Below, in pieces: positions 36,887 to 47,100 of a DNA stretch of 64,000 nt. The notes under the pieces are model-generated. The model was not told where the DNA came from. It saw only the letters and a program-made list of their open reading frames with translations, and made no database searches. Source of the stretch: Patescibacteria group bacterium (GTDB taxonomy: Bacteria; Patescibacteriota; Patescibacteriia; UBA9934); the NCBI GenBank assembly GCA_041666145.1, contig JBAYHK010000002.1, forward strand, positions 64,260 to 128,259, given 5' to 3'. The translations under genes and the position numbers were made by a program. Every line of letters starts with the position of its first letter. The first letter of the stretch is position 1.

Positions 36887-39814
36887 CTATGTTGCTGGAA
36901 TGTATCGATTGCCCAAAGAGGCAGTATTCTTAATTCTCGCATGAAGATCAGAAAGGCGTTTCAATTCTCGTTTATTCTCTTTTCCGAGACGAACAACTTC
37001 CTTTTCAGCTGCTGGAAGCGGAGCCGAAACCTTTGTTTGCGCCGCTATAGCAGCCGTAGTAAACACCGTTGCTTTTGTCGCCTCAGCAGCGGCAGTTGCA
37101 GCACGCTGATCAATTGAAGCATGCTGCGCTGCATTCGCGGGAGTTTTACCTAAAACAGCGGCATCTGCAGCAGTCTTTTCCGCAATGGCCGCAGTCTGGT
37201 TTGCAACAGCCACAGTAAGAGCCGTATTGGCCGCTTTTATATCCTCTCGTATCTTTCGCAAACGCTCAGCGGCTTGAGTCTTCTGATCTTCAACATGTAA
37301 TTGCGCGCTAACTGCACGATCGATAGTAGAAAGCGCCTGCTTCTTTCGAAGAATTGTCTTCGGGCTTGCCCCTGGCTCAGTCCTGTACAAAGAATCAATG
37401 TCTGAGGTGCTAACGCCTGCAACACGCTTCGTAATCTCATTTGCCACTGCAGGATCTGAAACATTATTCGGAAGGCTAGATTCCGCCGGAACTAAGTGGT
37501 CAAAGAGCGCGGTATTACTTGCGTCAGATCCAATAACATTATCAATACGCTCTAATATATCTGGCGTATACCCAGAACTAGGAATCTTCAGAACGTTTCT
37601 CACCGCATCTGGCGTCGAACCATACACTCCACTCTCTATAAGCTGAGCCGTGGCCTTTCCCTGAATTTCCGGAGAAAGATCAGCGCCGATAGCTCCAAGG
37701 TTGTCTACCATTGCATCCATCAACAGCTTATCTCCTGCACCCATCTTCGGAATACGGCTTGTATTTACCAACGCCGCAACATTCTGAGCAGAACCCTTCC
37801 TTTCATCCGGCGTTCCCACTCTTGAAACATCTGGAGCTCCAATAGTTCCAATCAATGCATCACGCTGCTGCGACGTTCCCTTTCCATGAGAAACGATATC
37901 GTCAAAAGCAGTAATATCCCTACCCTTGTCATCGCGACGAGAAACCTTGCTTCTCAAAAAGGCAGCAGTGCTCGTCGTTATCGCTCCAGAAGCAGGAGCC
38001 GCTAAGGCACCAGCAGAAATAAGACCAAGATTTAGCCGTCCAGCCTTCTCCTGCGCATCCCAAGCTTTTTCTCGTTCTATGTCGTTCTTTAGCAAGTGCA
38101 TGTTTGCGAATCTGGAATCCTGGAAACGATCGCTCTCCGCATCATCCATGAGATCTTTTCCATCTCTGCTCAAGAATTCATCTGACCTCTGGAAGAGAAG
38201 ATCATGCTGCCTTTGCGCCTCAATCTTCGCCTCGTCCGTACTGTACCTGCCTGTCTTTAGCAATGACTTCTCTTGATTGCTCTTAAACTTATCTCGACGC
38301 CTCTGATCGGTTCCAAAATTCCGAAGATATGCATCTTTTTCATCTTTAGGAAGCGATGTGAATGCATTGGAGCCACTTGATGCTGCAGCATCCAACATCT
38401 GTAATTGCTCATCCGTTCGCTCCTTAAATTGCTCTCCACCCTTCTTAATCTCTGCTTTTCGCGTATCTTTAACACCTTTTACGATGTTCCCACCAACTGC
38501 AGCTAAGGCATTCCCAGTACCTCCTAATAACGGCATCCTCGATCCTTGCCTTCCAAGCCAAGACATTGCATTTCCAGCCCCCTTTGTTAATCCAGGCGCA
38601 ACAACTGCAGCGGCCGCAGCACCCTTCTGCGCTCTTTCATTCGCCCATGCCCTTTCCTTCTTAAATCCTCCGGCAGCTTTGAATGGACTCTTTGCAAGCC
38701 AGGTTGCCATGTCTTTTCCTTTTTGTGGACTCAACATGCTTGAGGCAAAACCTTCCATGGCTTTTGCGCTACTAGATGCTTGTTGCATACCAGCAATAAG
38801 AATCGCAAGAGCAAGAAACATTCCGAGAAAGTTATCCAAAGAAAACATCTGAAGCGGCAGATCAAGACTGTTCGATTCTTCAGGCATTGGAAAGTCTTCA
38901 GTTTGAGAAAGAGTCGACCCTGCAGATGCCGCCAGGGCAAGCCACAAAAAGAACGTCATCATTGGGCCAAACATGAGCGCGCTTCCAAATTTTCCCCACC
39001 ACTCTGAATATGAAGAATTTGCCTTAGGAAAAATATCTTTAATTCCAATCATGAAAAACGCCAATGGCGACATGATGATGAGAATCCACAAAATAACAAT
39101 GCGCCAAATAAACGCTATAGCCAAAAGAAACATTACTGCAAGAATGGCAAGATAAATAACAAACTGAAAATACGCCGCACCTAAAAACATAAATGACTGT
39201 ACGCCATCTCCTGCCGCATTTTGCTCTTCAAGAAAATCCGAACCAAATTGACCAAATGTCGACAGTCCAAGCATGGACGCAAAATTTCCTGCAGCAATAG
39301 AAACAATCGCGTTCACGAATGTAAACATGATTACTTGACTAACATCAATCAAAAAACCACAAATCAACTTACTAAAATTCACCAGAACGATCGCAATAAA
39401 AAGTCGCGGAAGCTGCTGTGCCCAATTCGCTTTAGAAATACCGAGAATCGTCATGATGGCGATCACCAAAAGCACAACAACAACAAACATGTTCACCACG
39501 TCACGCACCAAAGACCATCCAAGATTTGTAATGTTGCTATTGTAAAAACCGTTGTAACCAAGCACCGGAATAACAATAAGCTCGATGATGCGCAATGTAA
39601 CCAACCCCAAAGCTGCAGTAATGTTCTGAATAATTCCCGCAAGAATAAGCGCCGTCGCATCGAGAGGATTTTGCGCAAAATCCATGAAGCCAATTGCAAA
39701 AACAGACCGCGCTGGAATAACAAGAATAAGTGCAGCAACAACAATTGCAGTAAATATTTTATGCCGTGCACACCATGAAATAAACCGCTGTCCAAGCGCA
39801 CGAAACTTCGCCAT
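36887..39814 (-). CDS. Polytopic membrane protein, VirB6/TrbL-like N-terminal region (at least 7 TM) fused to a ~600-aa hydrophilic C-terminal extension
   Basis: Many hydrophobic helices in the first ~350 aa, then a long Lys/Ala/Gln-rich tail. ATG at 39814 (MAKFRALG…); TTG at 39823 in the track. Confidence 0.65.
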   Translation of the reverse strand: MAKFRALGQRFISWCARHKIFTAIVVAALILVIPARSVFAIGFMDFAQNPLDATALILAGIIQNITAALGLVTLRIIELIVIPVLGYNGFYNSNITNLGWSLVRDVVNMFVVVVLLVIAIMTILGISKANWAQQLPRLFIAIVLVNFSKLICGFLIDVSQVIMFTFVNAIVSIAAGNFASMLGLSTFGQFGSDFLEEQNAAGDGVQSFMFLGAAYFQFVIYLAILAVMFLLAIAFIWRIVILWILIIMSPLAFFMIGIKDIFPKANSSYSEWWGKFGSALMFGPMMTFFLWLALAASAGSTLSQTEDFPMPEESNSLDLPLQMFSLDNFLGMFLALAILIAGMQQASSSAKAMEGFASSMLSPQKGKDMATWLAKSPFKAAGGFKKERAWANERAQKGAAAAAVVAPGLTKGAGNAMSWLGRQGSRMPLLGGTGNALAAVGGNIVKGVKDTRKAEIKKGGEQFKERTDEQLQMLDAAASSGSNAFTSLPKDEKDAYLRNFGTDQRRRDKFKSNQEKSLLKTGRYSTDEAKIEAQRQHDLLFQRSDEFLSRDGKDLMDDAESDRFQDSRFANMHLLKNDIEREKAWDAQEKAGRLNLGLISAGALAAPASGAITTSTAAFLRSKVSRRDDKGRDITAFDDIVSHGKGTSQQRDALIGTIGAPDVSRVGTPDERKGSAQNVAALVNTSRIPKMGAGDKLLMDAMVDNLGAIGADLSPEIQGKATAQLIESGVYGSTPDAVRNVLKIPSSGYTPDILERIDNVIGSDASNTALFDHLVPAESSLPNNVSDPAVANEITKRVAGVSTSDIDSLYRTEPGASPKTILRKKQALSTIDRAVSAQLHVEDQKTQAAERLRKIREDIKAANTALTVAVANQTAAIAEKTAADAAVLGKTPANAAQHASIDQRAATAAAEATKATVFTTAAIAAQTKVSAPLPAAEKEVVRLGKENKRELKRLSDLHARIKNTASLGNRYIPAT

Positions 39815-39837
39815 AGTGAGCAAAGTATATCATGGGG

Positions 39838-39843
39838 TAGAAT
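39838..39843 (+). promoter_or_regulatory. TAGAAT -10 hexamer 7 nt upstream of the dprA ATG (predicted leaderless dprA transcript)
   Basis: tagaat-caatatt-ATG read directly. Confidence 0.35.
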
Positions 39844-39850
39844 CAATATT

Positions 39851-40933
39851 ATGCGGTCTCCATTCACGATTGCCCTTGCAAATGTTCCCATGTTTGGCCA
39901 AGTAAGCCACGCAAAACTTTTAGCGACCTTCACAACAGCAGAAGATGCATGGCGCGCAAATCGTAATGAGCTTCTCAGCACCGGAATCGAGCCAAAGCGC
40001 ATCGACGCGTTCATTGCATGGAGAAACAGTCAGCGACTCGAATCATTCATCGAGAGTATCGACCGTGAACACATTCGCGTCATAGGAAAAGACGACCTTG
40101 AATACCCGCCACTCCTTGCACAGATTTTTGACCCTCCTGCGTATCTCTTTGTTCGCGGAGCGTCACTGCTCAGCAAGTCTCCAATCGCAATGGTCGGGTC
40201 TCGTCACTGCACAAAATACGGAAGAGACACTGCGCAAAAACTTGCAAACGACCTTGCAACTGGCGGACTTAGCATTGTAAGCGGCGGTGCGTACGGGATT
40301 GATCAAGCTGCACATGAAGGAGCTATGACAGCAAAAGGACACACAATAGCGGTCCTCGCTTCTGGCCTTCTCGGCGCTGACAACAGCAAACACATCGAAC
40401 TCTTAAACAAGATTCTTGTCGCGAATGGAACAATCATCAGTGAATTCCCTCTCATTGCCCCACCGCAACCACACTGCTTTCCTCTTCGCAATCGAATCGT
40501 CTCTGGCATGTGCAAGGCAACAATCGTTGTTGAAGCAGCGCTCGCATCTGGATCGATGATCACCGCAAGTGCGGCAACAAGAGAAAACCGCGAAGTCTGT
40601 GCGGTGCCAGGAAATATCTCGTCTCCGACAAGCGCTGGGACAAACTGGCTTGTCAAAACTGGCGCCCACTGCATTACCGAGGCGCAAGACATCTTTCTCC
40701 TCTACGGAATGAACGTTGCACCAAACGCTTCCGCAACCGCAGTTCTTCCACCTGGCAGAAGTACCAATGAACAGGCGCTCTTTTCCGTGCTCAGTGCTGA
40801 ACCGCTTCACATCGACTCCGCCGCAGAACGTGCCCAGCTCTCCCCATCTGCTGCAAGCGCGGCCGCAACCCAACTCGAAATCCTCGGTATTATTCGCGAC
40901 ATCGGCGGAAATCATTTCGTGGTTGGACGATAA
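39851..40933 (+). CDS. dprA: DNA processing protein DprA (Smf)
   Basis: Rossmann-like DprA core (GSRHCTKYG…SGGAYGIDQAAHEGA…), C-terminal winged-helix-like region. Confidence 0.9.
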   Translation: MRSPFTIALANVPMFGQVSHAKLLATFTTAEDAWRANRNELLSTGIEPKRIDAFIAWRNSQRLESFIESIDREHIRVIGKDDLEYPPLLAQIFDPPAYLFVRGASLLSKSPIAMVGSRHCTKYGRDTAQKLANDLATGGLSIVSGGAYGIDQAAHEGAMTAKGHTIAVLASGLLGADNSKHIELLNKILVANGTIISEFPLIAPPQPHCFPLRNRIVSGMCKATIVVEAALASGSMITASAATRENREVCAVPGNISSPTSAGTNWLVKTGAHCITEAQDIFLLYGMNVAPNASATAVLPPGRSTNEQALFSVLSAEPLHIDSAAERAQLSPSAASAAATQLEILGIIRDIGGNHFVVGR

Positions 40934-40961
40934 AAAACAAAATATAAAGAGGAACAATGCA

Positions 40962-41066
40962 ATGTCTCGTAAAGGCTACGGATCCCTCACGTACGTTCGG
41001 GATGGGACAAGACAAGAATGTGATCGAATGAAATGTGAGTGGTCCGAAGCTGATACATGCTGGTAA
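40962..41066 (+). CDS. Candidate small Cys-containing peptide (34 aa, MSRKGYGSLTYVRDGTRQECDRMKCEWSEADTCW)
   Basis: AAAGAGGAA SD 8 nt upstream of the ATG. It overlaps the 34-bp direct repeat DR1; a promoterless duplicate of its middle lies at 41440-41476. Confidence 0.3.
   Translation: MSRKGYGSLTYVRDGTRQECDRMKCEWSEADTCW
40974..41007 (+). repeat. 34-bp direct repeat DR1 (ggctacggatccctcacgtacgttcgggatggga)
   Basis: 33/34 identical with 41440-41473. Confidence 0.7.
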
Positions 41067-41089
41067 TTCCGAAGCCTATGAGTTGGGAT

Positions 41090-41198
41090 GTGAAGAGAGG
41101 TGATCTTTGAAGAGGTAGGGGGAATGAAAAAGAAGGAGAGAGAGTGGGGTGTGTTGTTTTGAAAACAGGGTTTTCGCTAATGCAACCATGTTGCAATA
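41090..41198 (-). repeat. Copy 2 (reverse orientation) of the ~100-bp repeat, ending in a degenerate Fur-box-like palindrome (41178-41198, TAATGCAACC-A-TGTTGCAATA)
   Basis: aligned by eye to 30775-30900. Confidence 0.5.
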
Positions 41199-41320
41199 AG
41201 GAGCTCGCATCAGATCTGTTCATGACAGACGTGTGGCTGTAGTCACTGCTGATAAAGCCGAAAGGACATTATTCATTCGGAACCCGTCTTTACATAGATT
41301 TTCCAATCTCCGATGATTCT

Positions 41321-41430
41321 ATTGCCCTGTTTTCAAACCCCAAAAAACTACTACCCCTGCAAAAAAAGACTTACCTCACTCCTCATTCCTTACTCCTCCC
41401 CCCACTTTTTCCAAAGACTCACAATCACTT
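41321..41430 (+). repeat. Copy 3 (forward orientation) of the ~100-bp repeat; together with copy 2 it forms an imperfect inverted pair around a ~140-bp core
   Basis: ccctgttttcaaacccc…cctcattccttactcctccccccactttttccaaagactcac. Confidence 0.5.
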
Positions 41431-41439
41431 TTATTACAG

Positions 41440-41473
41440 GGCTGCGGATCCCTCACGTACGTTCGGGATGGGA
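41440..41473 (+). repeat. 34-bp direct repeat DR2 (ggctgcggatccctcacgtacgttcgggatggga)
   Basis: 33/34 identical with DR1. Confidence 0.7.
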
Positions 41474-41526
41474 TCTGAAAGCAATACCTGAACTGAATCA
41501 GCGTGGTCGGCAAGCTTATCGTGGTC

Positions 41527-41589
41527 ATCCCCGCATAGGCGGGGATCCATCTCTATCAAAGCACACTGGATCCCCGCTTTCGCGGGGAT
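41527..41589 (+). repeat. Two copies of a 20-nt hairpin unit ATCCCCGC-nnnn-GCGGGGAT, 24 nt apart
   Basis: atccccgcataggcggggat and atccccgctttcgcggggat. Confidence 0.6.
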
Positions 41590-41878
41590 GACTGGATAAG
41601 ATGAGATGACGAAATGAGACGAACAGGATAGTGAAATATAGAGAAACGAGCAGCGACGAGGGATATTGGACGAAGCGAGCGCACTACGACCCAGCAGCAG
41701 ACGAACGAAGTGAGTCGTCGCTGCGTGGAGAGTTGCGCACAGCAGAGTCCAATATCCCGAAGTCGCTAGCGAACAAATGAATGAACCAAAAATCTCACCT
41801 GATATGATGGCCACGCTTGACGGTTCGGCAGATACGAACGTATCGTCAGCAACGATATTCCCATTTTTTTCGCAAAGT

Positions 41879-44149
41879 ATGGCCAAATTACTCATTGTAG
41901 AGTCTCCAACCAAGGCAAAAACCATCACAAAATTCCTTGGTAAGGAGTACAAAGTCATATCCTCTTTTGGCCATATTCGCGACCTTCCAAAACGTACAAC
42001 TGGAGTTGATATTCACCACGGATTCAAGCCAACCTACGAAGTTCCAGCAGATAAAAAGGATAAAGTTAAAGCGCTCAAAGACGCAGCAAAGGGCGCAGAA
42101 GTCTACCTTGCAACTGACGAAGACCGAGAAGGAGAAGCAATAGCTTGGCACATTGCCGAAGTTTTAAAGCTCGACCCAGAAACTGCAAAGCGCATTACTT
42201 TCCACGAGATTACTAAGCCAGCCATCCAAAAAGCACTTGAAAATACACGACACATCGATATGAAAATGGTCGACGCACAGCAGACGCGTCGTATTCTTGA
42301 TCGGCTAGTCGGTTATGAGCTCTCCCCGCTTTTATGGAACAAGGTGCAACGCGGACTTTCTGCTGGCCGCGTGCAGTCTGTTGCAGTTCGACTTGTCGTT
42401 GAGCGCGAACGAGAGCGTCTTGCGTTCATCAAAGAAGAGTATTGGTCTATCGAGGCGATGCTCTCAAAATCGAACACAGAATTTTCTACAAAACTTGTTG
42501 CAATCGGCGACAGAAAAATCGACAAGCTCGATATAAAAACACAGATCGAAGCTGAAGCTGTAGTGAGTGCCGTCAAAGATGCGGACTTTGTAGTGAAATC
42601 AATTGAGAAGAAAGCAGCAACACGCAAAGCTCCAACTCCACTTACAACTTCAACATTACAACAAGAGGCATACAACCGACTTGGCATGAGCGCCAAGCAA
42701 ACCATGACGCTCGCTCAAAAACTTTACGAAACTGGTCGCATTACCTACATGCGTACTGATTCCATGAACCTCGGAGATGACTTCATCGAAGCGATTCAGC
42801 ACTACGCGAAAAAAGAATGGGGCAACGAATATATTAATGGTGGCGTTCACTACAAAACAAATAAGAAAGGCGCGCAAGAAGCGCATGAAGCTATCCGCCC
42901 AACAAACGTCGCTGAAACACCAGAAACACTTCGTGCGGCTCTCGATCCTGGTATGTGGAAACTCTACGATCTCATCTGGCGTCGCACCGTTGCATCACAG
43001 CTGCCAAGCGCAAAAATCGAACGAACCGCAATCGACTTTCTTGCAAGCAATCACACGTTTAGAGGGAATGGCAGTATTGTTATTTTTGAGGGATACATGA
43101 AGGTCTGGCGCGCTGCAGAAGACAAAGTGCTTCCAGAAATGAAAGAAGGAGACAACGTTGGCAAAGCAATAAGCGTCATTCCAGAACAACATTTCACTGA
43201 ACCACCAGCACGCTACAGCGACGCGTCACTGATCAAGATCATGGAAGAATACGGAATTGGTAGACCGTCAACGTACGCGCCAACTCTTGCAACCATAGAA
43301 GCACGAGGCTACGTTTTGCGCGACGACAACAAAAAACTCTACCCTTCAGACATCGCATTCGTCGTCATCGACTTACTCAAGGAGCACTTCCCACAAATCG
43401 TTGACTACGAATTTACGGCAACCATGGAAAAGAAACTTGACGACATCGCGGAAGGCGACGAAAACTGGCAACTTGTTTTGGCAGGATTCTATGGACCGTT
43501 CCATAGCACTATTGTTGAAAAAGGAACGGAGCTGAGCAGAGAAAGCATCATGAAGGTTCAAGAAATTGGCATCGATCCTGCAACGGGAAAAATGATCATC
43601 GCTCGCATGGGACGCTTTGGACCATTTGTGCAGCTTGGAGAACCAGAAGGAGAAGAAAAGCCGCGGAGAGCGTCGCTAGAGAAAACGCAAACAATCGACA
43701 CGCTCACCATCGAACAAGCGCTTCGACTCCTCTCACTCCCCCGCACTCTTGGCAAGCACACAAACGGAGATGAGATCATCGCGAACGTCGGCCGCTTTGG
43801 CCCATATCTCAAGTGCGGAGCGATAAACATTTCGCTGCCTCCAGAACATCACCCTGCAACAATTACGCTCGAGCAAGCAATTACGCTCTGCACGGAAGGC
43901 GTTGCAAAGAAAATTAAAGCAATGACTCCACTCGCAGAACTCGGCGTTGAACCAGAAACAAAGGCGAACATCGTCATCAAAGACGGAAGATACGGCCCAT
44001 ATGTCACTGACGGAAAGACGAATGCAACTATTCCAAAAGACATTGATCCGAAAGCTGTGACCCTGGGAGCCGCAATCGAACTCTTAGTAAAGAAACGTGC
44101 ATCGCCGAAGAAAGCGTGGAAACGGAAGAAGAATGACGATGAAGAATAG
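41879..44149 (+). CDS. topA: DNA topoisomerase I
   Basis: TOPRIM N-terminus (LLIVESPTKAKTI), catalytic Tyr region, C-terminal GRFGPF/GRYGPY topo-I repeats. ATG at 41879 preferred over the track start 41777. Confidence 0.9.
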   Translation: MAKLLIVESPTKAKTITKFLGKEYKVISSFGHIRDLPKRTTGVDIHHGFKPTYEVPADKKDKVKALKDAAKGAEVYLATDEDREGEAIAWHIAEVLKLDPETAKRITFHEITKPAIQKALENTRHIDMKMVDAQQTRRILDRLVGYELSPLLWNKVQRGLSAGRVQSVAVRLVVERERERLAFIKEEYWSIEAMLSKSNTEFSTKLVAIGDRKIDKLDIKTQIEAEAVVSAVKDADFVVKSIEKKAATRKAPTPLTTSTLQQEAYNRLGMSAKQTMTLAQKLYETGRITYMRTDSMNLGDDFIEAIQHYAKKEWGNEYINGGVHYKTNKKGAQEAHEAIRPTNVAETPETLRAALDPGMWKLYDLIWRRTVASQLPSAKIERTAIDFLASNHTFRGNGSIVIFEGYMKVWRAAEDKVLPEMKEGDNVGKAISVIPEQHFTEPPARYSDASLIKIMEEYGIGRPSTYAPTLATIEARGYVLRDDNKKLYPSDIAFVVIDLLKEHFPQIVDYEFTATMEKKLDDIAEGDENWQLVLAGFYGPFHSTIVEKGTELSRESIMKVQEIGIDPATGKMIIARMGRFGPFVQLGEPEGEEKPRRASLEKTQTIDTLTIEQALRLLSLPRTLGKHTNGDEIIANVGRFGPYLKCGAINISLPPEHHPATITLEQAITLCTEGVAKKIKAMTPLAELGVEPETKANIVIKDGRYGPYVTDGKTNATIPKDIDPKAVTLGAAIELLVKKRASPKKAWKRKKNDDEE

Positions 44150-44151
44150 AA

Positions 44152-44177
44152 AAAGAAGAGCCGCAAGGCTCTTCTTT
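44152..44177. terminator. Bidirectional terminator between topA and the 1114-aa gene
   Basis: AGAAGAGCCgcaaGGCTCTTCT flanked by A/T runs. Confidence 0.6.
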
Positions 44178-44194
44178 CATTGAAATTCTTTTTT

Positions 44195-47100
44195 TTACGC
44201 TCCACGCTTAGCCATTCGTTCTAATGCTGGCAGCATCTTCTCAATATGCTCTTGAATTGCCAACCTAGCCTCTGTTGCCATCTGGCCAACGCCGCCTTCA
44301 GCCGCAACTCCTGCTGCCCGTAGTCCCGGAAGCGCCTCTTCAAGTCCGCCAACTGTTATGCCAGTCATACCAACCACAGTTGCAATAGTCGACAACGCCT
44401 CCGCAATATTCAACACTCGCTCAGTCGAAGTCCGTGCAGTCGCGGTAAGTTTTTTCCAAGTTGTTTGCCAAGTCTCTCTGAAAACAGTAGCGATGTTCGC
44501 GACAACACCCGTATTCTTCTCTCGCTTTGCCACAGCTTCAAACTTTTCACGGAAACTCATTACGCCATACGTCACTCCACGAACAGCTTCGATTCCTACT
44601 CCAATACCAGACAGGGAAAGAACACGTAGAGCCGAGTTCGCAACTTCTTTCGACGCTTGCCATCCAGAAACCCTTGGAACAATGCCCTTTTCAATAATTT
44701 CAGCGACTTCCCTGCTTCTTGCCGCCATAGTCTCTCGATTCCTTTCCTGATATTTCCCTCGCATTGCATCAAGCTGCTTAATCATGGCTTCTCGCTGTGC
44801 TCGAGGAAAATCTTCTTCCGATTTCGGCGACGTTTCTATTGCACGTCGCAGTCTGTCCGACGCCTCAATGTTCGCACGAGTTTGAACCTCTGGATCTGCG
44901 CCTCGAACTCGAGTACGAACCTCATGCTCCATTGCACTCAAAATCTGCTCCTGAAGATACGCCCGTTCATTCGCGTTGCAATAAGATTGCGTAAAATATC
45001 GCGGCACATCAACAAGCGACTTGAAGCCGAAAACTTTTCCCACCACAGAAAACACACTCGCGGTGCCCCGAACAATTGCTTCGCCCCGAGACATCTTTTC
45101 ATCAGTCCCCTCTCGTTCGGATCGCTCACCAGTAACTTCCATTGCAACATAGTCACCAATACCCTTGCCAAACCATCCTCCAACTTTTTCTCGAATATTC
45201 TTTGCCCAACTCGATACTCGTTCTTCCGCATGCAAAAGTTCGTCACGACGAACCGGAATCGGCACAAGTTCTGGAGTTGGAATTACTGGTGCTACTAAAA
45301 CCGGTGCAATAATAGGTTCTGGCTCTGGTATCGGCTCAGGAGCTGGTTCTGGTTCCGGAATCGGCTCAGGCGATGGCGCAGCTACGAGTGCCACCTCTGG
45401 CACCAATACAGGTGCCGATTCTGAAGTCGGCATCGGCTCTGGTTCCAATACTGGCCCCGGCTCTGGCGCTTTCACAATCGGAGGTTCTGGCACAGGAGCT
45501 GGAACGGCCGAAACAGCTTCTTCTGCGCGATACTTTTCTTTCAATGCCGCGATTCTCGCCTTGAGATCATCAAGACTTGTAAATTCTGTGGCATAAACAA
45601 AATCCTCCGCACGATCCGGTCGAACACCTTTAATAACCGACATCCGTCGATCCCCTATTGGCCAACGCAACAATGTACCAATCATCTGACCTCGCTTACT
45701 CTGCGGACGCTCCTCTTCCCAGAACATGTCATCACGAAGAATTTTTCGAACTTCTTCCGCGTGACTCTTTATTGCCTCAGCCCGAAGATCCGGCAAGTTT
45801 TCAATAGGCGGAGTCTCTGCTGACACTTCGGGAGCGAGAGAATCTGATGGTGAAACGTTTACAGCGGCAGTATCTATAGGATCAGAAGTGGGTGGAAGCG
45901 GCAGCAACGAATCATCTGAAGTCGATGGCGCTGAAGCATTGACGACTGACGCAAGGTCAGCAGCTGCTTTTGCTTCTGCATTCTCCTCTTTTCCAGACAC
46001 AAGAGGATCTACATTATTGTCCTGTGCGGGAATTGCAGTAAATAATTCTCGATATACCGCCGAACTTCCGATTAAACTCTTAAATTCCTCTCGACGTGCT
46101 TCCGGAACAAGCCGAACGAATTCTTCATCGGCATCCAGTATAACTTCATGAGTTATTCGCTCTAAAAATCCAGCACGCTCAGCACGAGCGGCATGAACAT
46201 CATTCGAAGATCCTTCATTCCACAAGAAATCCATGCAAGCAACTTGGCGATACCAATCTTTGAAAACTCTCTTCATGCCCACCGACCTTATCTCTAAAGA
46301 TTTCGATATGTATCCCTCTAGATCAGCGACAACATTCTTCAGTACGGAAGTGTAAATGTTCGCGTCGCTTCCTCTTCCATGAGTTCGATCTTCTGGACTA
46401 AATGGGCAAATATTCACCTCCCAATCTATTTCAAGAGCTTTAGCCTCTTTCAAAAGCGCCTCCATTACAATTTTCCGCTCATCACCAACCTTCAGCCGCG
46501 CATCAAGAATATTCATCTTTAACTGAGCTACCTGAAGCTCAAAACCAGGAAACTTTTGCTTCCATACCTCCGATCTCTTCCCCTCCTCCTTCTGACTCAA
46601 AAAAAACCGCCACTCCCCATCAAGCTTGTTAACGTTTGTCCGAAGCTCCTTATGTACATTTACAAGATCTGCCCATCCGTCTGGCCGCCTACTATCACCA
46701 AACCTATCAAGTATCGGATGTATAACCTTTTCCCAATCATCACGATAAAGACCAACGTCCAAAATAAACTGATCAATGACTCTTTGAACCGCGGCAATCT
46801 CGTCATCCGAGCCCACCGGCATTGTATGAATATCTTCAATACGAGCATTTAATGCTTCTATTGCAGCCAAAAAATGCTCACCAATCTCCCGTCGCGCATT
46901 CTCATCCATTAAATCTTCTGTTGGCTCTTGGACCTCCGAAGATTCAATCGAAGGATTAAAATTCGTTTCGTATGCTGCAAGTGCCGCCTCTAAACGCTCG
47001 CACTCCAAACGAAGGTTCACAAGTTCTGGCACACCATCAATCTCTACCCCTTCTGTTTCTAATCGTTCTGTATTCGCGTTCAAACCTTCTCGAAGTACAG

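Noticed and set aside
40987-41223. 78-aa minus ORF and its look-alike 30756..31007 (+) that share a MQHCCINKNPVFK-like peptide
   Set aside because: The amino-acid similarity is a by-product of the shared ~100-bp DNA repeat plus palindrome. Both are Pro/Ser/Leu-rich with no start context.
41313-41958. ORFs 41313..41591 (+) and 41434..41958 (-) in the dprA-topA spacer
   Set aside because: They run across repeat copies and hairpins, have low-complexity translations and no SD. The region is better explained as non-coding repeats or leader.
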